Below are positions 22,466-31,947 of a stretch of 64,000 nt of DNA, in pieces. The notes under the pieces were generated by a model that saw nothing but the letters and a program-made list of their open reading frames with translations, made no database searches and was not told where the DNA came from. The stretch spans positions 64,001-128,000 of the forward strand of contig CAWBWQ010000001.1 in the NCBI GenBank assembly GCA_963792535.1, given 5' to 3'. This DNA is from an uncultured Phycisphaerales bacterium. GTDB taxonomy: Bacteria > Planctomycetota > Phycisphaerae > Tepidisphaerales > Tepidisphaeraceae. Position numbers and translations under genes: made by a program. The first letter of the stretch is position 1, and each line of letters opens with the position of its first letter.

Positions 22466-23563
22466 ATGCCCGATGCAGGTACCACTATCACACGCGATCT
22501 GATCCTCATTGGCGGATCTGCCGGATCGATCACCGCGTTGCGTGAAATCGTCGCGCATCTGCCAGCCGCGCTTCCCGCTGCCGTGCTGGTGGTTGTGCAT
22601 CAAGCGCAGACCTCGCCGGGAATGCTCCCACATATATTGGATAACGTCGGGCCACTGCCAGTCAGGCACGCCGTGGATGGTGAGATCATCGAAAAGGGTC
22701 GCGTGTATGTTGCACCCCCAGACCGCCATCTGCTAATCGAGCCGGGACAATACGACGATCCTCGTCTGTGGATTCGCCTGGCGCTGGGGCCAAAGGAAAA
22801 TCACTGTCGCCCCGCGATCGATCCCATGTTCCGCACCGCTGCCCAGGCGGGAGGCCGGCGCGTGATCGGTGTCGTTCTTTCCGGTCTGCTGAATGACGGC
22901 TCACTGGGTCTGATCCGCATCAAGCAGCATGGCGGGATTGCCATCGTGCAGGACCCACAAGATGCCGAGAGCCACGACATGCCTGCCAGCGCAATTCGCC
23001 ATGCGCAGATCGACTACGTTTGCAAAGCCACTGAAATAGCGGACGTACTTACCCGGTTGGTGCGGGAGCCCATACCGGTAGCGGCCGCCAATGACTTGTA
23101 CGGAGGTTCCCTCATGTCTAACCCAAACGAAGAAGACACCACGCAAGGCGCGGGCGACGTCGTTGATGTTACCGAGCGCGGCGACCATGGACTTACCCGC
23201 GGCACCATGCCCGGCGTGGCGTCTGGCCTTACCTGCCCCGCGTGCGGCGGATCGGTGTGGGAAATGCAGGACAGCTTGCTCCACTATCGCTGCCACGTCG
23301 GGCATCGCTATACCGCTGACACCATGGCTTCAGAGCAGGAGTCTGTGCTCGAGTCCACTCTGTGGGCGGCGATGCGTATGTTTGAAGAAAACGCATCCCT
23401 GCATCTCCGGATGGCGGCAAAAGCCGAAGCTGCGAATCTCCCCGACATGGCCGCTCGCTTTAATGAGCGAGCCAGAGAATGCGAGCGATCGACCGATGTA
23501 ATCCGCCAACTGCTATTGGGTGAAGGCCCGGACGGCGGGCCGCATCGGCTTATTAAAAGCTGA
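22466..23563 (+). CDS. cheB: stand-alone CheB-type methylesterase with C-terminal CxxC domain
   Basis: GGSAG, VVH, RPAIDPMF, SGLLNDG; TCPACGG...YRCHVGH. No receiver domain. Confidence 0.88.
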   Translation: MPDAGTTITRDLILIGGSAGSITALREIVAHLPAALPAAVLVVVHQAQTSPGMLPHILDNVGPLPVRHAVDGEIIEKGRVYVAPPDRHLLIEPGQYDDPRLWIRLALGPKENHCRPAIDPMFRTAAQAGGRRVIGVVLSGLLNDGSLGLIRIKQHGGIAIVQDPQDAESHDMPASAIRHAQIDYVCKATEIADVLTRLVREPIPVAAANDLYGGSLMSNPNEEDTTQGAGDVVDVTERGDHGLTRGTMPGVASGLTCPACGGSVWEMQDSLLHYRCHVGHRYTADTMASEQESVLESTLWAAMRMFEENASLHLRMAAKAEAANLPDMAARFNERARECERSTDVIRQLLLGEGPDGGPHRLIKS

Positions 23564-23602
23564 CAATTCGGGAATCATTCTCAGCGGAACGTCGAGCTTA
23601 AA

Positions 23603-24364
23603 TCATCCGATCTGGTAGTCCCGCACCAGGACCCGGACAGCGGCAGCGATTCGATCCGCAGGCAGAATCATATCTACCTTTCCGATGTCCACTGCTGAGA
23701 CAGGCATGTCAGGATAGCGCGATGAGGCTGCACTCTGCGCGATCACCACACCACCGGTTTCCCGGATGGCGCGGGTGCCGATCGTTCCATCAGAGCCGCA
23801 TCCACTGTAAATAACTCCAATCACCCGCTCGCAAAAGACTGCCGCGAGGGACTGAAGCAACAGGTCACCGGCAGGTTTGGCAAACGCGACGTGCGGGCCA
23901 TCGTCCAGGCAGACGCGCCCCCGGCTGTCGACCGTTATATGTCGTAAAGTCGGCGCAATGAAGACGATACCGCTGCGCAGGTGTTGGCCATGCTGCGCCA
24001 CAGTCACGGGCATGCGGACGCGAGAACAAAGGTATTCATCCAGATGACTGTGAGCCGTGCGGTGCAGCAGGACAATCACCGCAGCAGGAAACTCCGGCGG
24101 GAAAGCAGCAAGCGTCTCACACAATGGCAGCAATCCACCCGCTGATGCCAGTAAAGCGACAACGGGAAAGTTCAGCACCGGCGGCTGTAGAGGTAAGGGT
24201 GCCCGATCAAAACAAATGTCGAAAATGCTATCGCGAAACACCTGGGATTCGATGTGCAGACGGCGGGATTCGGCGCACAGCGCCTGCAAGCGCGCAATCA
24301 GATTGGTCACTGATAGCGACAGACCCTCAGGTTTTTCGACCATTGTGGCGTTGAGCATACACAT
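23603..24364 (-). CDS. cheB: stand-alone CheB-type methylesterase
   Basis: ASAGG, LLH, KPAGDLLL, SGCGSDG, YPDMP. Confidence 0.85.
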   Translation of the reverse strand: MCMLNATMVEKPEGLSLSVTNLIARLQALCAESRRLHIESQVFRDSIFDICFDRAPLPLQPPVLNFPVVALLASAGGLLPLCETLAAFPPEFPAAVIVLLHRTAHSHLDEYLCSRVRMPVTVAQHGQHLRSGIVFIAPTLRHITVDSRGRVCLDDGPHVAFAKPAGDLLLQSLAAVFCERVIGVIYSGCGSDGTIGTRAIRETGGVVIAQSAASSRYPDMPVSAVDIGKVDMILPADRIAAAVRVLVRDYQIG

Positions 24365-24587
24365 CCAGTATCTCCGCTACCAGAAATTATAAATGGCTAA
24401 TCGGGTCGCCAGTCCGCGTTGCGGGGTTACGACGCACTCGCACCGGAGCAAAGACTTTGGCAAGAATGTTCTTACCGAAACCCCTTCGCTCTCGTATTAT
24501 CAATACGATACATCACCCCAGGTGACGCCAGGTGAATGCAAAGACATGCACCTGAACGTTCGTCTGCTGTGATTTTGGAGTCTTGCT

Positions 24588-27500
24588 ATGGAAGTGCCTG
24601 AAAATGCAAAGCCGGACGAGGACACAACGCCGGAGGATCTGGGACCGCAGAGCACGGAAGATTTAGATCGGCAGGCTCAGCCCGTGGATGTTGAAGCGCC
24701 GCCGCGGCTGCCATTTCCGGTGGTGGGAATCGGCGCATCGGCTGGAGGATTGGAAGCGGTCAGTGAGTTTCTCAGTGCAATGCCGTCCGACAGCGGGATG
24801 GCATTCGTGCTGGTGCAGCACCTGCCACCCGATCATCACAGCGTGATGGCAGAAATTCTCGCCAAGCGGACCACCATGCCCGTCAAGGAAGTTTCTGATG
24901 GCATGGCGATCGAAATCGATCATGTTTACGTGATTCGCCCGGGGCATGTGCTGACCATCGCCAATGGGCATCTGCATCTGGGTCCACCGCTGGATGGGCC
25001 GCGGGCCGCGAATCGGCCGGTGGATGACTTCTTTAAGAGCCTGGCACAGGAGCAGCGGGAACGGGCCATCGCAATCATCATGAGCGGGATGGGGTCCAAC
25101 GGGACACAGGGAGCCCAGGCTGTGAAGGCGGTCGGTGGTTTGTGCATCGCGCAGGATCCTGAGAGTGCGCAGTTCTCATCGATGCCGCGGCACATGATCG
25201 ACAGCGGAAACACAGACAGCATCCTGCGGCCAACCGAAGTGCCCGAGGTGCTGCTGGCTTATGCGTCGCATCCGTATGTGCGGGGCGCGCGAACTGAGCG
25301 CTGCCGCGGCGCTGCGACGCGACAACGGCAGCATGCGGGAAATCCTTACCGTCCTGCGCACCCGCACCCGCCAGGAGTTTACCGGCTATAAGAAACCCAC
25401 CGTCCTGCGGCGCGTGCAGCGGCGGATGGGACTGGCGCGCCTGACCGACATGAGCGATTACGTGAAGTATCTTCGGCAGAGCCCCGCTGAAGTGACATCG
25501 CTCGCGGACGATCTGCTGATTCATGTGACTGGATTTTTTCGCGACCCTGAGGCGTGGGAAGTATTGCGCCAGCGTGTAATCGTCCCGCTCATCGAGGCTC
25601 GCGACACTGACGGGCAAGTGCGCGGCTGGGTCACCGCCTGCTCGACAGGTGATGAGGCCTACACTTTGGCGATGTTGCTGGTGGAAGAAAGTGAACGGGT
25701 GAACAAACGGCTGGACATTAAGGTATTCGCAACCGACATGGCCGAGCGCACGCTGGCTCAGGCCCGCGCGGGTGTTTATGGCGGTGGAATTGAAGCCGAG
25801 ATCAGCTCCGAACGGCTGGCGCGTTTTTTTGGGAAGGAAGACTCCCTTTATCGCGTGCGACCCGAACTGCGCGAGCGGGTGGTCTTTGCCCCGCAGAACG
25901 TGCTGCAGGACCCGCCTTTCAGTCGGCTCGATATTGCAACCTGTCGGAACCTGCTGATCTATCTGGAGCCCGATGTTCAAGAGCGCGTGCTCGCGCTGCT
26001 GCACTATGGGCTGCGCGAGGGCGGGGCTCTTTTCCTGGGGACCAGTGAGACGATTTCGGGGACCGAGGGAATGTTCGAGCCAATCGACAAGAAGGCCAAG
26101 ATCTTCCGCCGGGTGGGACCGACGCGGCATGGATCTGCAGAATTTCCGCTGCCTCGCGTGATTCGACCGACCTCGACAGGGTCACTGGCGCCGGGGCGAT
26201 CGGTGCCGCTGCGGCCCACGTTTGCACAAATCACCCAGCGGGCACTGCTCGATCACCACATGCCCGCAGCGGTGCTGGTCGATCGCGACTATCGCATTCA
26301 ATATTACCAGGGGGACACTCGTCCCTTTTTCAGTCCTCCGCGCGGTGAGCCAAGCCGCGAGTTGCTGGAGTTAACAGTGGAAGGTGTGCGCGGCGCTGCC
26401 CGCGTGGCGCTGCGCCGAGCGGCAGCGGAAAACCGACCGGTCACGGTGCTGGATGGTTGGATTGCAACGACGCCGGGCAATCGAGGCAGGGTTGCAGTTA
26501 CGGCGTCCCCCGCGGCCGAATCGGGCGCGCCGGATCATTTTGTCGTCAGCTTCGCATTGAAGGACGAGGGCCCGACCGGCGAAGCCACTGATGCAAATCA
26601 GAACCAGGCCGGCGACGAAGAAGTCGATCATAGCGAATTGCGCCGCGCCCGTGACGAGTTGCAGAGCACCATTGAGGAATTGCAAACTTCAAACGAGGAG
26701 ATGAAAGCAGCCGCGGAGGAAGCCAGCAGCATCAACGAAGAGTTGCAGAGCAGCAACGAAGAGCTGGAGACCAGCAAGGAGGAAATGCAGTCGTTAAATG
26801 AGGAGTTGAACACAGTCAACGCCCAGCTGCTGGCCAAGGCTGAGGAGCATCAGTCAACCAGCAACGACCTGGCAAGCCTGCTGGCCAGTACGGACATCGC
26901 GGTGCTGTTTCTCGACACGACGATGCGCATCAGGCGGTTCACACCTCCTTTGCGCGAGCTGATCGACGTCATGCTATCGGATGCAGGCCGACCGCTAACC
27001 GATCTGGCTCGCAAGTTTGAAGATCCAAATCTGGCGGCCGACGCTGAATCGGTGCTGGCTAAACTGGTGCCGGTCGAACGGGAAGTGGCAGCTCACGATG
27101 GGCGGTGGTTTCTGCGGCGTGTTACGCCTTACCGCACAACCGACAACCGCATCGACGGCATTGTCATCACGTTTGTCGATATTACCCGCCGCAAGCATGC
27201 CGAGTTGGAGATGGACCGGGCGCGGGACTACGCCGAAAGTATCGTCAAGACGCTGCACGAACCGCTGCTGGTGCTGAACGCTGATTTGACGGTCTCGACC
27301 GCCAACGAGGCGTTCTATGAGCACTTTAAGGTGAACCCCGATCAGACCATCGGACACAAGATCTACAAGCTGGGAAACGGTCAATGGGACATCCCCGCAC
27401 TGCGTACCGTACTGGAGGAACTGCCGCCGGACGAACTAATGTTCAACGACTACGAGGTGATTCACGAATTTAATGATCTGGGCCGTCGGGTGATGCTGCT

Positions 27501-29127
27501 CAACGGGCGAAAGCTCGAGCACCAGAAGCTGATCCTGCTGGGGATTCGAGACGTGACGGAGCAGCACGCGGCGGTGGCTGCGCTTCGAGAAGGTGAGGAG
27601 CGGTTCCGGCTGGTCGTCGAGGGCGCGCACGACTTTGCAATGCTGTTATTGGATACCAAGGGTCGCATCACTTCCTGGAACATTGGAGCCGAGCGATTGC
27701 TCGGATTCACTGAAGCCGAGGCGGTTGGTCAGCCAGGGGCGTTTATGTTTACCGATGAAGACCGCGCCGCCCGTGCTCCAGAGTTCGAGCTTACTGAGGC
27801 CGCAGCCAAAGGCCGCGCCTGCGACGAGCGGTGGCATATTCGCAAGGGCGGTCTTCGGTTCTGGGCCAGCGGCGTGATGAACGCCGTGCGGGATCCCGAC
27901 GGTTCGCTTCGTGGATTTGTGAAAGTTCTGCGCGACGAAACTGCCCGGAAAGTCGCTGAAGACGCCATGCAGGCGGCCAAACAAACCGCGGAGTTGACGA
28001 ACCAGGTGAAAGACGAGTTCCTTGCAACCCTGAGCCATGAGCTGCGTACACCGCTGTCGGCTATCCTTCTCTGGTCGAAAATGCTCAGCAGTGAATCGGA
28101 GCCCGAACTATTGGATGAAGGATTGGCCGCAATCAGAAACAGCGCGGACTCTCAAACTCAGCTGATTGAGGATTTGCTCGACACCTCGCGCATTACCACT
28201 GGGAATCTGCGCCTGGAAATGAAACCGACGGATTTGACTTCAGTGATCGAAAGCGCGGTGGAATCGGTGCAGCCCACGGCACAAGCCAAAGGAGTGGACA
28301 TTATGTCCACGGTTGCTTCACGGATTGGAACAGTCAATGTCGATCCCCATCGCATGAAGCAGGTGCTTTGGAACCTGCTGAGCAATGCCGTCAAATTCAC
28401 CCCTGCTGGCGGAAAGGTTGACCTGAACCTGCACCGTGTGGACGGACGTATTGAACTGCGCGTCACCGATACCGGTAGAGGAATCGCTGCTGAATTTTTG
28501 CCGTATGTCTTTGAATCATTCCGGCAGGCGGATTCCACGACAACGCGCAGGCACGGCGGGCTGGGACTGGGACTGGCCATCTGCAAAAAGCTTGTGGAAC
28601 AACATGGTGGGACGATCACTGCCCAAAGTGACGGACAAGATAGAGGTTCGACGTTCATCGTGACTCTGCCGATGCCACCGCGCGGGGGTAAAGTCGCGTC
28701 GGTCAAAGTTCGAACAACCCCAGTTACCGCGCAGCAGGCCAGTCTGACCGGTCTGCATGTCCTGTTGGTTGAAGATGATGCTGACACCCGCTACGCCCTG
28801 GCGACAGCGCTTCGCCACGCCGGGGCGGCTGTGACCGCGGTCGAATCCGCCGCGGCAGCAATTGCCGTTTATCAGGAGTCGACATTCGACTTGATAACCA
28901 GTGACATCAGCATGCCCGGCGAAGACGGCTATAGTCTCATCAGTCGGCTGCGTGCAATGGAAGTAGAAAGAGGAATGAAGCGAACCCCCGCCCTGGCGCT
29001 CACAGCATTCGTCAGGGACGCTGATCAGCGTAAAGCGCTGGACCAGGGGTTTGACCGCCACATTGGAAAACCTGTGGACCCGGCAGATCTGGTAGCGGCA
29101 CTCATGGCTATCGCGACGACCGGCTGA
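24588..29127 (+). CDS. CheB-CheR-coiled coil-PAS-histidine kinase-receiver hybrid (apparent frameshift ~25298)
   Basis: GASAGGLEA/VQHL; VTGFFRD, CSTGDEAY, CRNLLIY; EELQSSNEELETSKEE; PAS domains; SHELRTPL, NLLSNAVKFT, GGLGLGL; REC SDISMP. Confidence 0.9.
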
Positions 29128-29153
29128 GCAGCAATTTTTTCCATCGGCGATTC

Positions 29154-29564
29154 TCAAACCAGTTCTGCCGGTCCAGCATCAAGGTTGTTCCCGCTTGAAT
29201 CTGGCGGCATGAAGGATGGAACGCGAGACGACATCAACACAATAACTATCTCGGCCAGTCCAGCAGCCGTGTGGGGCCAGATAATGCGACCCGAAAAGTG
29301 AAAAAGCCATGGTGAAGTAGCGAGCACCACCCCGGCAAGCAAGTCAATCCAAAGGTGAATGCTCATAGGCAACACACGGACTATGGCAAGCTCGTAATTG
29401 GTGATCAGACTATAGACAATCGTACTGATGCCGAACACGACCGGAACCATCAACGCAGCATGGTTGTCGGAAAAGCCGAACAGCCACGGTGCGGCGATGA
29501 GCAGCAGTCCTACCACATAATCAAGAATGCCATGCACACGAGTGGGAATCAGTGAACTGATCAT
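29154..29564 (-). CDS. SPW-repeat membrane protein
   Basis: HGILDY...AAPWLFGF, YSLITNYE, HLWID...SPWLF. Confidence 0.85.
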   Translation of the reverse strand: MISSLIPTRVHGILDYVVGLLLIAAPWLFGFSDNHAALMVPVVFGISTIVYSLITNYELAIVRVLPMSIHLWIDLLAGVVLATSPWLFHFSGRIIWPHTAAGLAEIVIVLMSSRVPSFMPPDSSGNNLDAGPAELV

Positions 29565-29649
29565 TGGAACTCCTTATAAAACGCGTAGTAAAAAATGTAA
29601 CTACAGAACTTGGCTAAGTAGATAAGAATTGAACGTGGGTCAGCTCAAG

Positions 29650-29808
29650 TTACTTATCCTTTGGTGTGGGACTAGCCGGGCCAGCCTTGCCAGCGGTCGA
29701 GCTACCCGCACCTTGCTTGCCCTTACCGGCTACGCCTTGCTTATCACGGGTACCTGATTCGGGTGCTGATGTAACATCTTTGGATTTCTCGTTTATAGAC
29801 TGAGGCAT
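29650..29808 (-). CDS. small hydrophilic Gly/Lys-rich protein (52 aa)
   Basis: AAGGA RBS; MPQSINEKSKDVTSAPESGTRDKQGVAGKGKQGAGSSTAGKAGPASPTPKDK*. Below the ORF-track cutoff. Confidence 0.55.
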   Translation of the reverse strand: MPQSINEKSKDVTSAPESGTRDKQGVAGKGKQGAGSSTAGKAGPASPTPKDK

Positions 29809-29854
29809 ATAAATCCTTTGTTTAACGTTATAGTTTCGTTGTCACGAAATCAGA

Positions 29855-30163
29855 TCAGGTTCGCTTTCGAGCCGTACGTTTACTGGTTCCCACGTTTAGA
29901 TGGTTGGCCTTGGCGGAGCTGTTTTCACCGCCGCCTCCGCCTCCACCGCGGGTGCCGACACCTCCTTTGCGGTTGGCATGATTGTCGCGTCCAAACGCAC
30001 CTCCGGTTGCTCCTTCGGCAGGCTGTGCCGCTGGTTCAGCGGCGGTATCTTTGATCTGCTCTTTCGCCTCCTCATGTTGTCCGGTGCGTCCTCGCCGCCC
30101 GGCGGCCCGCTCTTTCTGCTCATCTAATGACGCATTACGGCCTGAGTCTGCACTTTGTCCCAT
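29855..30163 (-). CDS. small hydrophilic Gly-rich protein
   Basis: CAGGAG RBS before MGQSADSGRNASLDEQKERAAGR; disordered composition. Confidence 0.65.
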   Translation of the reverse strand: MGQSADSGRNASLDEQKERAAGRRGRTGQHEEAKEQIKDTAAEPAAQPAEGATGGAFGRDNHANRKGGVGTRGGGGGGGENSSAKANHLNVGTSKRTARKRT

Positions 30164-30188
30164 GATCGAACTCCTGAAAACCAGTTTG

Positions 30189-30587
30189 TTAAATACGCGT
30201 CGGCGCACTTCGCGCCGGTGCATCACTTGCAGGAAACGACTCCATCGCTTGTTCATCTACCAAGTCAGATGGCAACTGCGTGGCAACCGCGGCAAGATGG
30301 CTGCGATAAGTAGGGCCGTGCCCGGCCTGGTGATTAACGGTGTGGTTACCTCGTAACCAGGATCGCCATGCCCACATTCGAGCCGGACTCAACAGACCGC
30401 GAAGTGCGACAGCTATCCCCACAAGAGAAAGCAGCGCTCGCGCAAAGCGACGCCGATGCGTGCCCAGCATGATCAGCAGCAAGCCCCAGCCCGTGTATGC
30501 AGAAAACGTGATGCGGGGATAGGGTTCCTGCAGGATTGGGATATAGGCATCGCCAAACTTCATTACGACATACCGCGGGCTATTCAT
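30189..30587 (-). CDS. small membrane protein, DUF2892-like, with ESFPASD motif
   Basis: GGAGG RBS; 2 TMs; C-terminal DLVDEQAMESFPASDAPA. Confidence 0.65.
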   Translation of the reverse strand: MNSPRYVVMKFGDAYIPILQEPYPRITFSAYTGWGLLLIMLGTHRRRFARALLSLVGIAVALRGLLSPARMWAWRSWLRGNHTVNHQAGHGPTYRSHLAAVATQLPSDLVDEQAMESFPASDAPARSAPTRI

Positions 30588-30841
30588 ATCCAGCCTCCGC
30601 TGCGCCAAACACCAGCCCAGTTGTTGGACTCGCGGCGGGGGGGTTGCAACGCGTATGCCTTTTTGGGCATAGGCGGAGAAACCTGATCGTGCAGCGCAAT
30701 CGCTTCAACAACGACAGTTGGACGTGATTGCCAGTAACAGCGTGCTAGGTCACGAGGCTTCCGCAAAACCTGATTGTCGCAACTTTTGAAACGGCGTAAT
30801 GACAGGTGAGGCTTCCACCTTGGGAAGCTGCGCGAACATCT

Positions 30842-31477
30842 ATGATAAATACAAATGTTTTGATAGCCGACGGCAGGAAGTTACTCAGGGAAGGCGTCGC
30901 GGCGTTATTAAAGCATACGGAGGTGCGAATAGTTGGAGAGGCTGGCAGTGTCGAATCAGCTGCCAGGCTCATTCTACCGCTTGCGGTGGATGTGGTACTG
31001 CTCAACATGAATCAGCTCTCAAACCCCGGCGCAGATGCCGTTCGCACCCTTCGCGATGCCTCCCCGAAAGTGAATGTGATTGTGCTGGCAATGCATGCTA
31101 CAGCACGGGGGCTAAAGGAAGTACTCAACGCCGGCGCTGCCGGTTGTCTTACAAAAGAGTGCAGCACCACGGACCTCCTCTCTGCCATCCGCAGCACGAT
31201 GGAAGGCAAGCGATACATCTGCCCTGAAATCACCAGCCTGATGATTGAAGGCTACGCTACTCCGAGCCGCACACTGGCTCCTCGTGAGCAGGAAATTTTG
31301 TGCCGGGTTGCTTCAGGGCAGAGCATCAAAGAAATTGCTTATGATTTGAAGATCGGTCCCAAGACAGTAGAGACGCATCGCCGACGATTAATGACCAAGC
31401 TGAACTGTTACTCCGTCGCCGAGTTGACGCACTACGCCGTCGGTGAAGGATTCATCGCGTTGAAAAGCAGCGGGTGA
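30842..31477 (+). CDS. NarL/LuxR family response regulator with degenerate receiver
   Basis: LAPREQEIL...KEIAYDLKIGPKTVETHRRRLMTKL HTH; receiver reads ADGR and VVLLNM. Confidence 0.88.
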   Translation: MINTNVLIADGRKLLREGVAALLKHTEVRIVGEAGSVESAARLILPLAVDVVLLNMNQLSNPGADAVRTLRDASPKVNVIVLAMHATARGLKEVLNAGAAGCLTKECSTTDLLSAIRSTMEGKRYICPEITSLMIEGYATPSRTLAPREQEILCRVASGQSIKEIAYDLKIGPKTVETHRRRLMTKLNCYSVAELTHYAVGEGFIALKSSG

Positions 31478-31947
31478 GTCAACACCAGGACGCCTGTGAC
31501 GCAAGCCGGGCAGGGGGTCACATTTACGGCCCTATCGGCGATTTGACCCGGTTCGAGCGACAGGCTCGAATCACCACATCACGATGACAGGTAACGATCA
31601 CCTATTCCCACTGGCTTTATTTGCAACGACGGGGTTGCATTCCGCGCAGTTTGACAGCAGACCAGGGATGCAGGGCGCAGCAACGTTATTCATCACATTA
31701 TAGGTGAATCCCAACAGCGATTTTCCGAACGCGAGCCGACGGCAGTAAGCAACTGACCGATCAAGGGTTACAGGTAAAAAAACGTCAGCAATCCTAGTTT
31801 GTCCTGGGACATGAGAATTAGAAATTCAATTTTGGTAAACTGGGTTTTTGCATGAATTGATCAGGAGGTGGCATCATTTATTTCGCTAGAAAATGGACAG
31901 AAAAAGTCCCGGTACTTTCCCGGCGTTAACGCGCGCAAGGTCGAGCC

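Noticed and set aside
5952..26130. Long antisense ORFs (5952..6788, 9012..9860, 25078..26130)
   Set aside because: They shadow well-supported genes on the opposite strand, as expected in GC-rich DNA, and have no recognisable motifs.
22466..29127. Chemotaxis operon
   Set aside because: No MCP, CheA, CheW, CheY or flagellar genes in the window.
31533..31560. atcggcgatttgacccggttcgag (GDLTRFE) as a fifth att arm
   Set aside because: Similarity is too weak to separate from chance by eye.
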